From Candidatus Heimdallarchaeota archaeon B3_Heim (GTDB lineage Archaea; Asgardarchaeota; Heimdallarchaeia; Hodarchaeales; Hodarchaeaceae), in assembly GCA_003144275.1 (NCBI GenBank), contig NJBF01000011.1, positions 30,001 through 62,000 of the forward strand: a DNA stretch of 32,000 nucleotides, in the 5' to 3' direction. Of the stretch, positions 17,944-27,753 are shown in pieces. Position numbers and translations under genes: made by a program. Each line of letters starts with the position of its first letter. The first letter of the stretch is position 1. Below the pieces are notes generated by a model that was not told the DNA's origin, did no database searches, and saw only the letters and a program-made list of their open reading frames with translations.

Positions 17944-19065
17944 ATGGATATTGACGATTTACAGAAAATCTCCGGTTTAGATACCGATGACATGTTTGGA
18001 ATGGTTTTTACTTGGCCAAAATTGATTGAAAAGATAAATCATCAATCGATTGACATTCCCTCCCAAATTTCAGTTGGTAATAAATTTCTCGAATACAATA
18101 ATGAAATATCTAACATTTTAATATGTGGAATGGGTGGTTCAGCAGTAAGTGGCGACTACATACGCACATATTTCGCAGATTCCCTCAATCAGCCAATAAT
18201 TGTTCAACGCAATTATATTTTACCTAAATTTGCCTCCAAAAAGACACTGGTTATCGCGATCTCCTATTCTGGAAATACAGAGGAAACAATTTCTGGAATA
18301 AGCTATGCTATACAGAATGAATGTCCAACAATATGTATAGGTAGTGGCGGAAAAATGGAAAATTTTTGTCTAGGCAATAAAGTCCCATTTTTCAAAATTC
18401 CAGCAGGTTTTCAGCCTCGTGCGTCTTTTCCCTTATTATTATTTCCCATTTTAAAGATACTAGATGCTTTAAACATTACTAAATTAGACGATAAGGTAGT
18501 ACAAGAAATTATCCAGAATTTAAAACAAATGCGGGAGCTAATAAGACCACAGACACCAACAACGGAAAATCAAGCGAAACAAATTGCTAAAAAAATGCAT
18601 AAACGCATTCCTGTCATCTGGTCTCCATATTTATGTGTAGCCAATCGATTTAAGTGCCAAATCAATGAGAACGCAAAACAATTGGCTATTGCAGAAGAAT
18701 TACCAGAATTTAATCATAATCATATCGTTGGGTTCCAAAGTCTGGTAAAAGATAATCCCTTCATAGTGATTTGTTTTCGATTTCCCTCTGAACATGCCAA
18801 TGTTTCGCTTCGTTTCGAGATTTCCAAAGAAATAGTCAAACCTAAGGTGGAATTACTTGAACTCCAAATCCAATCAGGGAATTTACTGGTTCAATTGGTT
18901 ACTTCGACTTATCTGGGTGATTACATCTCAATTTACCTTGCTTTACTAAATGATCAAAACCCGAATACTGTGGATAGTATCAATTTCCTTAAAGAACAGA
19001 TGGAAGTGCGTGGACAGACACAATCCTCATTGATGAAAAAATTAGACCAATTATCACGCAGTTGA
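17944..19065 (+). CDS. Bifunctional phosphoglucose/phosphomannose isomerase (SIS fold)
   Basis: ICGMGGSAVSG, ISYSGNTEET, QPRAS, KCQINENAK, PEFNHN. Confidence 0.92.
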   Translation: MDIDDLQKISGLDTDDMFGMVFTWPKLIEKINHQSIDIPSQISVGNKFLEYNNEISNILICGMGGSAVSGDYIRTYFADSLNQPIIVQRNYILPKFASKKTLVIAISYSGNTEETISGISYAIQNECPTICIGSGGKMENFCLGNKVPFFKIPAGFQPRASFPLLLFPILKILDALNITKLDDKVVQEIIQNLKQMRELIRPQTPTTENQAKQIAKKMHKRIPVIWSPYLCVANRFKCQINENAKQLAIAEELPEFNHNHIVGFQSLVKDNPFIVICFRFPSEHANVSLRFEISKEIVKPKVELLELQIQSGNLLVQLVTSTYLGDYISIYLALLNDQNPNTVDSINFLKEQMEVRGQTQSSLMKKLDQLSRS

Positions 19066-19098
19066 TTTGCGTAGCAAAAAAACTATAATTTATGCATA

Positions 19099-19111
19099 AA
19101 AAACTTTATTA
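19099..19111 (+). promoter_or_regulatory. Putative BRE/TATA promoter for the geranylgeranyl reductase gene
   Basis: A-tract followed by TTTATTA (19105-19111), about 26 nt upstream of ATG 19137. Confidence 0.35.
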
Positions 19112-19136
19112 TCAATTTAAAGGATAGATTTCAGTT

Positions 19137-20495
19137 ATGACCACTAATTATGACGTTGTAATCGTAGGTGCTGGTACCGCAGGCAGTATGGCAGCGGCCG
19201 CACTTGCTAACAAAGGCCTTAAGGTCGCATTGCTAGATCGTCAGCCCAAAGCTAAAATTGGTGTTAAAATATGCGGAGATGCTACTAGTGGTGAGCATTT
19301 TAAACGCATTCAGCCTATTACCAAAGTTGACCCTCCAAAAAGCGATGAGGTAGTTCAGAAAGTCGCCGGGGCATGGTTATATTCTCCAGATCGAGAAATC
19401 AAACTCGAACTCGTGGAAAAAGGAGGAACAGGAATTATTATTGATCGGTTTAAACTTGGTATGAGAGTGTTGGAAGATGCGATTGACTTTGGAGCCGAAT
19501 TATACGATGATTCGATGGTTAAAGAACCCATAATTACCAATGATTATGTGACGGGTATTAAATATCGGGGGAAAGATAAAAATATTCGTGAGATGACAGG
19601 AAAAGTTGTGATTGATGCTTCAGGAATCATTGGAGTACTGAGAACCAAATTAAATCCAGAAAAGACGTTCATGGATTTAGAACTCGCTGCTAAAGATGTT
19701 TGTAATTGTTACCGAGAAATCAGAGATGTTGAACCTGAGATTGAATCTCCTGAATTCATTCGATTAATCTTTGATCAAGATGTCGCGAAAGGTGGATACA
19801 TCTGGGAATTTCCAAGAGGTCCACATTCGATGAATGCAGGTTTAGGAGTCATGCGTACCTACCAAATTAATCCTCACAAACAATTCGATTTATTCATTAA
19901 ACAATCAAAAGCTCTTTATGAGAATTCTAAACTTATTCATGGAGGAGCTTGGCGGGTACCCTTACGACGACCTCAAGATAATCTTGTTTGGAACGGGATT
20001 ATGCTCATTGGTGACTCTGGTACTCAAGTTAAGCCAACTGACGGAGGAGGAATAGGAATATCAGTAAATGCTGCAGCTATGGCAAGTACTACAATCGTTT
20101 CTGCATTAGAAAATGATAACGTGTCCATGGAAGGTTTATGGGATTATAATGTGCAATTCATGAGAAGTCTTGCAGCTATTAATGCTCCGCTTGCGATAAT
20201 GAAAGATTTTATCATTCCAATGCCCAGCTCAATCATTAATGAGATTTTTCATAAGGAAGTACTTGGCGCAGATGATTTATTATATGGTAATGCCTCAGGG
20301 AATATTTCAAGTGGATTTATGGTAAATTTACTACGTGCTTGGCGTGGAAAGCGAATACTGGGAACACTATTGAAATTTAGAGGTATTTTAAAGCGAATGG
20401 ATAAGGCAAGGACTCTTTACGAAAACTTTCCTGCAGATCCAGCAAACTACCATCCCTGGCGTGACAAAATTTTGAAAATCTATGGAGAAATCTAA
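19137..20495 (+). CDS. Geranylgeranyl reductase family flavoprotein (digeranylgeranylglycerophospholipid reductase-like)
   Basis: VVIVGAGTAG FAD-binding motif, KICGDA, GGYIWEFP, IGDSG..VKPTDGGGI. Confidence 0.9.
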   Translation: MTTNYDVVIVGAGTAGSMAAAALANKGLKVALLDRQPKAKIGVKICGDATSGEHFKRIQPITKVDPPKSDEVVQKVAGAWLYSPDREIKLELVEKGGTGIIIDRFKLGMRVLEDAIDFGAELYDDSMVKEPIITNDYVTGIKYRGKDKNIREMTGKVVIDASGIIGVLRTKLNPEKTFMDLELAAKDVCNCYREIRDVEPEIESPEFIRLIFDQDVAKGGYIWEFPRGPHSMNAGLGVMRTYQINPHKQFDLFIKQSKALYENSKLIHGGAWRVPLRRPQDNLVWNGIMLIGDSGTQVKPTDGGGIGISVNAAAMASTTIVSALENDNVSMEGLWDYNVQFMRSLAAINAPLAIMKDFIIPMPSSIINEIFHKEVLGADDLLYGNASGNISSGFMVNLLRAWRGKRILGTLLKFRGILKRMDKARTLYENFPADPANYHPWRDKILKIYGEI

Positions 20496-20518
20496 TCCAT
20501 AACCCATTTCTTCTTTTT

Positions 20519-23071
20519 CTAGAGAAATAGGTCACTGATTCGCACTAATTCAGGAGGGCAGACTTGCAGGTTGCCCACCGCTGCAGAATAAACATAACCC
20601 GAAAAGTGTCCAAGAATTTTTGTTGCTTGTTTATACAAATAAGCATTTTCCAAAGAACTGGAGGATATTAACAACTCATAAAGATCATTTCCTTTTCCTT
20701 TCCATTTTGATAAATGAAAACCAATCTTCACTGCATTGGGTGTTAGTAAGTAATTGAAGTAATTATCACCAAAGATTTCTCCTGGAGGTACATCTTCAAG
20801 AATTTCACGAGGAATGTCCATAAGATGAAGATAATTTGGACTTTGCAGATTTTCATCATCCATTAAGACTTCGGGATTGCTCTTAAAATAGTAATCTTTG
20901 ATTGAGGCAAATCCTTGGGATAAAAGAGGGGTAATCAACCCTGCATTTGATACTAAATAATCTCGTAATGCAATAACTCCCTCATTATAACGTTTTTCTC
21001 GAAGGAACGTAATTGTTTGGTTCTTTTCATACTTTGTTGGATGTTCAACAATATTGAGTAACTCGGAAGGAATTTGATCATAGAAATGATGTGCTGTAAT
21101 CATCTCAATAGAGAAATGTAAACCGTTCAGTTGTTCAAAAACTGCTAAAGCCTTTTTACTTTCTTTATCCTTTTTTGGAAATAGATTTTGTAATGTAAAG
21201 ATATTAGAAACAGTTTTTAGTACTGCTGAAGCCTCTGCTACTTTCCATCCAGATTCGGTTTGCGTAAAAATAAACCATGGAGGTTCAGGAACTTTTTTAC
21301 TTAAGAAATGTTTTTCAAAACTCTGAATTTCCTTCGAAATTTTCTCTTCTAGCCGTTGAATTTCTTTCTGGACTAATTCCTTTAGTGAACTAATTTCCTG
21401 TTCATTTAGGGTTTTCTTGGATTTGACCTTTTTTGCTAGTTTTTCCAACCCATTAAGAACTTTTTTCGTGATACTTTTATGATCAGGATATTCAAAATTC
21501 ATCTCAGCATTAATAGTAGGATTGCCACTCTTAAAATCTGACCATGTATTATTAATTACCGATAATAGGGGTTCATGAAGTTCTTCCTTAATTTTTCGAA
21601 AATTGTTCTGCTTAAACTGTTTAATATATTTTCCAGGATCACTTTTTAGGAGCTCACATAGATTTTTTGTACCTAGTTCCTGAAGGGTAGGCAAACATCC
21701 ATTTAGAATTACTGTACGCCATTTATAGTTGATAAAATCATTCAAGAACGTAGTTAGATGATTTACTTCTTCTACTCGTTCGGCAAGTTGTGTGATGTAT
21801 GAAGTTAGATCAGAAAATACCTTTCCGACATTAAACTCATCTACCCCTATCAGTAAATAGGATAATAAAGAAGAGGTGGCTTTAATAAGGGCAGTTTCAA
21901 GGGATTTCTGCGCATAAGTAGCGGTTTCGGGATTGCCGGATAAATCATATACACGATCGATTTCCAGAGTAGGAAGGGGTCGATTTCTTGAAATCAATCC
22001 AACAAGCTCTTTTTTGAGCTGATTGCCACTCATGGGTTTGATTTTTTTAGGTGTTAAGTCAATTAAGAAGCTTAAAAATGCGTTGAAGAAGGGATTTTTT
22101 CTGAAATTGAAATGGGCTTCTTCTTCAACCAACATCTGAATTAATTCACCTGATTCCAAAATTGTATCAAGGTTTTTATTTGGAAACGCAAGATCGAGGA
22201 GTTGTTTGGTAATAACTAAACCTTGTTCCCCAAACGCATTGTCTACATAGCCAGAAATAAATTCTTTTAGAAGTAACCCAGCTGTTACTTGTTTTGGTTG
22301 GGTTACGGGCCAATGAAATTCTTTGTCTTTCAGTGCTTGTTTAAGCATGGCGGCTGGCCCATGACGATTGATTTCTTCAGTAATCATAGTTTTTATCTTG
22401 GAACGTATAGTTGGAACGATTGATTCAATTTTTCGAGCAGTTAAAAGAACTGACATGTCATCCTTCAACAAAGACCCTAATGTGAGCCACACAGCCTCGG
22501 TAATGACATTCTCAATTTTCTCTGCATACGTTAAGTCTGTTAACGATAGTCCCAGTTCTTCACGAATGAAATCCCTATCTATCTCGGAAAGCAACTTTTC
22601 TAATGTGTCTGTTTCACGGAATGGCGAATGTCGTACCTGTTTACGCCATGCCACAACAGCTTGATAGCATAATTTCACCTGAAATCGGTCGGGTAATGCA
22701 CCAACTAGTAATATTTCTTCAAATGCAGGATTCCAGATGTAGTCCGAAAGGTATTTGTTTCCTAAAACTCCTGCTAATACCTTGATTTGACTCTCAATTT
22801 TTTTTTCGAAATGCGTCTTACTCCAGATGAAAAAACCGACAAGGGAATCATGACCTACATTTTGTATAAAAATTCGTCCCTTTTCAGCTTGAATATCGTC
22901 TAATAACCCCATTCCAGTCTCTGAACTTGTCAATGATGAAATAGCTGTTAATATTCCCCCGAATAACACTGATTGTTCATTGCTAAATCCTATACTCACA
23001 GTAGGTATTCCGTGGTTAACAATAAAGAAAGCGATTTGTGGGGCAACAGGTTTCTTTCGAGCCACTGACAT
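20519..23071 (-). CDS. Large (850 aa) protein with an N-terminal longin-like domain and a long helical/coiled-coil body
   Basis: IAFFIVNHGIP....EQSVLFGGILTAISSLTSSETGMGLLDDIQ pattern. K/E-rich heptads near aa 540-590. Confidence 0.7.
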   Translation of the reverse strand: MSVARKKPVAPQIAFFIVNHGIPTVSIGFSNEQSVLFGGILTAISSLTSSETGMGLLDDIQAEKGRIFIQNVGHDSLVGFFIWSKTHFEKKIESQIKVLAGVLGNKYLSDYIWNPAFEEILLVGALPDRFQVKLCYQAVVAWRKQVRHSPFRETDTLEKLLSEIDRDFIREELGLSLTDLTYAEKIENVITEAVWLTLGSLLKDDMSVLLTARKIESIVPTIRSKIKTMITEEINRHGPAAMLKQALKDKEFHWPVTQPKQVTAGLLLKEFISGYVDNAFGEQGLVITKQLLDLAFPNKNLDTILESGELIQMLVEEEAHFNFRKNPFFNAFLSFLIDLTPKKIKPMSGNQLKKELVGLISRNRPLPTLEIDRVYDLSGNPETATYAQKSLETALIKATSSLLSYLLIGVDEFNVGKVFSDLTSYITQLAERVEEVNHLTTFLNDFINYKWRTVILNGCLPTLQELGTKNLCELLKSDPGKYIKQFKQNNFRKIKEELHEPLLSVINNTWSDFKSGNPTINAEMNFEYPDHKSITKKVLNGLEKLAKKVKSKKTLNEQEISSLKELVQKEIQRLEEKISKEIQSFEKHFLSKKVPEPPWFIFTQTESGWKVAEASAVLKTVSNIFTLQNLFPKKDKESKKALAVFEQLNGLHFSIEMITAHHFYDQIPSELLNIVEHPTKYEKNQTITFLREKRYNEGVIALRDYLVSNAGLITPLLSQGFASIKDYYFKSNPEVLMDDENLQSPNYLHLMDIPREILEDVPPGEIFGDNYFNYLLTPNAVKIGFHLSKWKGKGNDLYELLISSSSLENAYLYKQATKILGHFSGYVYSAAVGNLQVCPPELVRISDLFL

Positions 23072-23278
23072 TTCCTCAAAGTATTAGTATTCTAAGCGAA
23101 ATACACAACGTGAGTGTGCTAATTGTGCAACTTAATGGATTGATTGAGAGAATTCAATCCCCTTAATTAGTAAATAAGCAAGAGGTATTTTAACCAATGG
23201 GAATGAATTGGAATCAACTACTTGAACTAATGACAAACCCTTCACCGAATTGAGGGAGAAATTGAAAAGAGGATTATA

Positions 23279-24544
23279 ATGAATATTTTGAAACAATATT
23301 CTGGATCTATTGCTAAATTCCTTGCTGAAAATAAGTGGTTGATTTTATCATGTTTTCTAAACTTGATTATTCAGGTTATTATTGCTGTAATATATTTTAA
23401 TCCCATTGACTTCGTATTACAAGTAGAGACTGCTCGGGAAATAGCTCAAGGTAAAGTCTTGTATCGAGATATTAACCAAATTATCTATGAAGGGTCAATC
23501 CTTCCAAACCCTCAATATCCTCCCTTATATCTATATACACTTGCAGCTCTCATGTTTATAGCGGGAGTAGATGCATTTTCATACAACATGGTGAAAATTT
23601 TTCTCATTCTTGTCAATTTCATTGTTGCATTTCTTATCTATCACTTGATAAACACTAATTATGGTAAGATCATGGCTATTTTGGCGTTTAACTGGTTTTT
23701 ACTTAATCCATCAACCCTTGGAATAACTCTGGGAGGTTATCATGAATACTTCATGCTATTATTTGTTTTACTCGCTTACCACTGTTTTAACCATGAGCGA
23801 ATGACTTGGAGTGGGATATGTTTTGGATTAGCCCTACTGGTTAAGCCCATAGCAGGGGTTTATATTATTCCTATTCTTATATGGGGATTAAAGAAGAGGA
23901 AAATGACTTCAATATATATAGGGATTGTCGCAAGTTTAACTTTTACTATCGTATCACTGCCGTTTCTTTTATTAGCACCAGCAGAATATATTACGGATGT
24001 TTTTCTTGTGCACACAAACCGTCTTGACCCAAGTATGTCATTCTACGTGTATATTTTCACCGATCTCTCCCCGACTCTCTTCCCCTTTATTCTTCAACTA
24101 CTACTCTTCTCGATAATTGGAGTGATCTTATTCCATAAAATTCAATTCAAGGATCCAATGGAAATTTATATTGGTGTTCTACCATTTATTACGATATTTC
24201 TAGCATTTAATAGAATCTTGTATCCACATTATATACCAATGATATTCCCTTTCATTACTCTGTCGTTATTCTTGCTGATTGATCGCCATCGGCATGTACT
24301 CCCTAAGAAGAATACATTATGGCAAATTTATGGATATATTTTTGGCCTTGGGGTAGTCTATGTGGGTTACATTTGGTGGTCAATTCTTTGGTCAATGGAA
24401 GGATTTGGATCGTATAGGACGAATATCTATTTTCCCATCTCTGCAGGTATTTGTATTGGTGGCCTCTTAATTATTACAATCATATCACTCTGGTCAATTA
24501 TAACAATGGCTAGCGTGAAAAACAGGAATGAAATACATGTTTAA
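23279..24544 (+). CDS. GT-C fold integral membrane glycosyltransferase (GT87/DUF2029, PIG-M-like)
   Basis: About 10 or more TM segments; first loop DFVLQ...PQYPPLYLY; FLLNPSTL..GGYHE; LALLVKP. GAGG upstream of the ATG. Confidence 0.75.
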   Translation: MNILKQYSGSIAKFLAENKWLILSCFLNLIIQVIIAVIYFNPIDFVLQVETAREIAQGKVLYRDINQIIYEGSILPNPQYPPLYLYTLAALMFIAGVDAFSYNMVKIFLILVNFIVAFLIYHLINTNYGKIMAILAFNWFLLNPSTLGITLGGYHEYFMLLFVLLAYHCFNHERMTWSGICFGLALLVKPIAGVYIIPILIWGLKKRKMTSIYIGIVASLTFTIVSLPFLLLAPAEYITDVFLVHTNRLDPSMSFYVYIFTDLSPTLFPFILQLLLFSIIGVILFHKIQFKDPMEIYIGVLPFITIFLAFNRILYPHYIPMIFPFITLSLFLLIDRHRHVLPKKNTLWQIYGYIFGLGVVYVGYIWWSILWSMEGFGSYRTNIYFPISAGICIGGLLIITIISLWSIITMASVKNRNEIHV

Positions 24545-25127
24545 TGATCGAATAGCACGTATCCAGACTTCTTTACCCCCATTATTTGTAACTCTGAGTA
24601 TAGGGGTAATTTTAATTCTCATCTACATTTTTGGGATGATCTTTTATCCCGACCAGTTATTAATCCAATCACGAGATATGATAGGTCAATGGGGTCAAGA
24701 TAATGAACTGATACTCAATGGGGAATGGTATAGGCTATTTACAGCGTTCTGGATCCACGGAAATGTTGTTCACCTTGCTTCAAATCTCCTGTTCCTACTC
24801 ATTTTCGGTTCGCGACTTGAAGAATTAGTTAAGGGATATGAACTCTTTCTGGTTTTTCTCATTAGTGGTATAATCGGCAATGTAGCTACGCTTGGTTCCA
24901 TTCTTCTAGGTATTGATTTTATCTCCTTGGGAGCTTCAGGAGCTGTCTTTGGCTTACTGGGAGCTATTTTATTCTTATTAGGTGGAAAGTCAAAACGAGA
25001 AAGAAGGTCAATGTCTTATTTCATACTGATATTCTTTGTCATAACTATTGGCCAAGATACAAATTTCATATCACACTTGTTTGGACTAGTGGGGGGATTT
25101 TATGTGATGAAACTCCTCAAGAATTGA
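24528..25127 (+). CDS. Rhomboid family intramembrane serine protease
   Basis: GEWYRLFTAFWIHG..HLASN, catalytic GASGA and SHLFG. Overlaps the upstream GT gene by 17 bp (alternative ATG 24537). Confidence 0.92.
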   Translation: MKYMFNDRIARIQTSLPPLFVTLSIGVILILIYIFGMIFYPDQLLIQSRDMIGQWGQDNELILNGEWYRLFTAFWIHGNVVHLASNLLFLLIFGSRLEELVKGYELFLVFLISGIIGNVATLGSILLGIDFISLGASGAVFGLLGAILFLLGGKSKRERRSMSYFILIFFVITIGQDTNFISHLFGLVGGFYVMKLLKN

Positions 25128-25141
25128 TGAAAGGATATAGT

Positions 25142-26731
25142 TCAATCAAGTTCTGCTAAGAATTCGCAGTGAGAATGACCGCTTGCTTGACATTTGACTT
25201 CACGAACAATAACATCCTCCTCAATAAAAAGATCTAATCTGCCATTAATAAAGCCAGAGAGAAAATCATCTAGCATATGAACTTTAGGAGGTTCTTCTAC
25301 ACCAGGAAATAATGTAACATGATCAACAGTTTTCAAATTAATACCAGATGTGGCTGCACTTTCCCAAACTCTGAAGATCGCACTCTCATCATCGATCTGT
25401 TTGACAACAACATCAGGTGAATGGATCCGTGACAGACTAGAGATATTGCCGAAGTAATAACTTAAGACTTGACAGGCTTGCTCAAATTCCATAGCACCTA
25501 AAAGATTTGCATCAATCTCCCGTCGATTAATGATTCTGCTAATAATTCCAAAGTCCTCTAAGATTTGCCCATAATGTTGGCCAGCATAGGCAAGCAAGGT
25601 TGAATTAAATGGATCAGAGAATTTGAGGGAGGTAAGGATATGTTGTAAGACGGAGATATGGATAAAATCGCCTATTGCAGGCCGCATCCATTTTTTATTC
25701 AGAAGGGAATCATACATATTTTTAGAAATGTTCCCAATAGATAGTTCAAATCGTAAGCGATCGGTTTCACTGAAAAATTCTTTAGAATCCATTTTGGAAA
25801 GATCATAATGATCAGAGGTTTCTCCCAGCTTGATATCAAATTCACAGTGATGATCCCCCAGTCCCCAACATTTAGTTTCCGTGACAGCCGCTTTTTCTCC
25901 TAAAGTGACCTCAATTAAACCGGCAATTTCTCCTGCAAAAAACCCACAGACATCTTGGCCAATATCAGAGTTTTCAACTGCATGAGCCGATCCGTTCACA
26001 TGAAGTTTGACATGATAATCCGATACTTGATCAAAGCTTAAATCAGATGCCACATTTAAAGCCATAGGATTTGGTCCATACAGGATTTTGAACCCTTTTA
26101 ACATCTCTTTAAAACGGTTCTTCATCCGATGTTCATTCATAATATTTCTGTTATAACTGTGTAACCAGGATTGGGCAGCCCCGAATTTACCTGCTAGTTC
26201 ACCTGCACGGAATAAATATCCCTTAGCAATTGGATTGATAGCAATTAACGAAGTTACAATAGCCTGTAAGTGTCCTATATGAACATAATCACCAATTGAA
26301 GGTCGAATGACAGTTTCAAGTTCATCAACGTCCAATAAGCGACCAGAAACGGTAATGATCGAAAGTTTCCGCCATCTATCCCTGTCTGCTTCACTTGCTT
26401 TGACACCAGCTTCAATCAATTTATTGAAGAGGTAGTTAAATAGATCATATCCTTCAGAAGAAAACATACCTGTATCTTCCCCTCCGAAGGAGGAAAACAT
26501 AGACGCGGCCTGAGTAGCAGTCAAAATGACTTCATCATTGAAAAGAACATGGGGAACCTGATACACATGATATCTTTTACTAGCAATGTCAGCGTGGTCA
26601 TCCGTATCAATGATCTTCAGAGTGGCGCCCCCTTGGGAAGTGTCAACAATACGTTTGATATGTTTCTCAACGGGTTTACAAACTGCGCATTTTGGCCCTT
26701 TAAACAGTATTATGCTTATGGGTTCTGCCAT
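25142..26731 (-). CDS. Thioredoxin-like domain fused to two tandem V4R-type domains
   Basis: GPKCAVCKP plus QVPHV; V4R signatures CGFFAGEIAG...ETKCWGLGDHHCEF and FLSGFING...EVKCQASGHSHCEF; internal duplication. Confidence 0.8.
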   Translation of the reverse strand: MAEPISIILFKGPKCAVCKPVEKHIKRIVDTSQGGATLKIIDTDDHADIASKRYHVYQVPHVLFNDEVILTATQAASMFSSFGGEDTGMFSSEGYDLFNYLFNKLIEAGVKASEADRDRWRKLSIITVSGRLLDVDELETVIRPSIGDYVHIGHLQAIVTSLIAINPIAKGYLFRAGELAGKFGAAQSWLHSYNRNIMNEHRMKNRFKEMLKGFKILYGPNPMALNVASDLSFDQVSDYHVKLHVNGSAHAVENSDIGQDVCGFFAGEIAGLIEVTLGEKAAVTETKCWGLGDHHCEFDIKLGETSDHYDLSKMDSKEFFSETDRLRFELSIGNISKNMYDSLLNKKWMRPAIGDFIHISVLQHILTSLKFSDPFNSTLLAYAGQHYGQILEDFGIISRIINRREIDANLLGAMEFEQACQVLSYYFGNISSLSRIHSPDVVVKQIDDESAIFRVWESAATSGINLKTVDHVTLFPGVEEPPKVHMLDDFLSGFINGRLDLFIEEDVIVREVKCQASGHSHCEFLAELD

Positions 26732-27013
26732 GGACTTCTCTACTTCCGGCTTTGATCTTTTTGAGCGAAAAATATTATTCTTAGTAATACTATTATTTTT
26801 ACTATAGTCTTGAATTATATATCTATCTCATCATCGTAATGTTCGCTAAGCACAATATTCCCTTTGCTGTAATATCACAATCCTTAATATTTTTGATGAG
26901 GGGTCGAAGACATTCCTTTCTCCTCGGATTAATCCTGAGAAAGTAATTTTTTTCCTGAATTGTACAAAAATTTTTATTACATAGTCTAAGAGAAACAGTG
27001 GTGGTAAAGAAAG

Positions 27014-27745
27014 TTGAATATAATAGATTTCTTTGAACAACACTATAATTTGAAATCTCCCAAAGTCTTAGAAGCCTATCAAGGATATTTAGTGGCTGGA
27101 AAATTCCAAAAACAACCTAGATGTTTTTGGATAAATAAACAAAATATTGAAGGTTTAACCGAAATCGCTAAAATCGTAGCAATTGAGACAGCTTTTCAAG
27201 GAATATTATCACTGATTCCAGGCGGGTCCTTTGCCTATCGGCTTATCAAAGATCAGATTGGATACCCCCCGAGATATAATATAATTTTTGAACCTGATTT
27301 ATATGAAATCAAATATAACTATATTGCCTTAGACAAAGAAGGGCAACCACAAAATATAGTAAATAGAGTAACCAAACAAGTTGACGATGCCGCAAAATTC
27401 GCAGTTAAAGCTGGAGAAAAACTTCAAGACACGATTTTTGACATCTTCAAGAAGAAAAAAGATGCTGAGGATTCCGAAGCAAAACCATCGGATGATCCTA
27501 TTCTCGGATTCACCTATTTTCGTTTTATTGATAAAACAAGCCTGATTCGAAATCAAATCATTTCCAAACGTATTGATGCAACACAATCACGGTCAGGGAA
27601 ACTGACGAAAAAAATGATTTCTGAACTCGCTCCTTCCATCGTCATTAGTTTCAAAACCACTGCGAACGAAGAAGCGGTGGATTTCCTGAAACATCTTCAA
27701 ACACTAGGTTTCAAAGTCCATTTTCCAAATCAAGTAAAAGAGTAA
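27014..27745 (+). CDS. Hypothetical protein
   Basis: 243-aa ORF. No family recognised. Confidence 0.7.
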   Translation: MNIIDFFEQHYNLKSPKVLEAYQGYLVAGKFQKQPRCFWINKQNIEGLTEIAKIVAIETAFQGILSLIPGGSFAYRLIKDQIGYPPRYNIIFEPDLYEIKYNYIALDKEGQPQNIVNRVTKQVDDAAKFAVKAGEKLQDTIFDIFKKKKDAEDSEAKPSDDPILGFTYFRFIDKTSLIRNQIISKRIDATQSRSGKLTKKMISELAPSIVISFKTTANEEAVDFLKHLQTLGFKVHFPNQVKE

Positions 27746-27753
27746 TTAGACAA

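Noticed and set aside
3720-19065. Possible selenocysteine read-through at TGA-ending genes (checked at 3722, 9197 and 19065)
   Set aside because: In-frame continuations are short and featureless, and no convincing SECIS was seen.
23137-23160. Hairpin GGATTGA-N10-TCAATCC between divergent genes
   Set aside because: A single modest stem that cannot be distinguished from chance.
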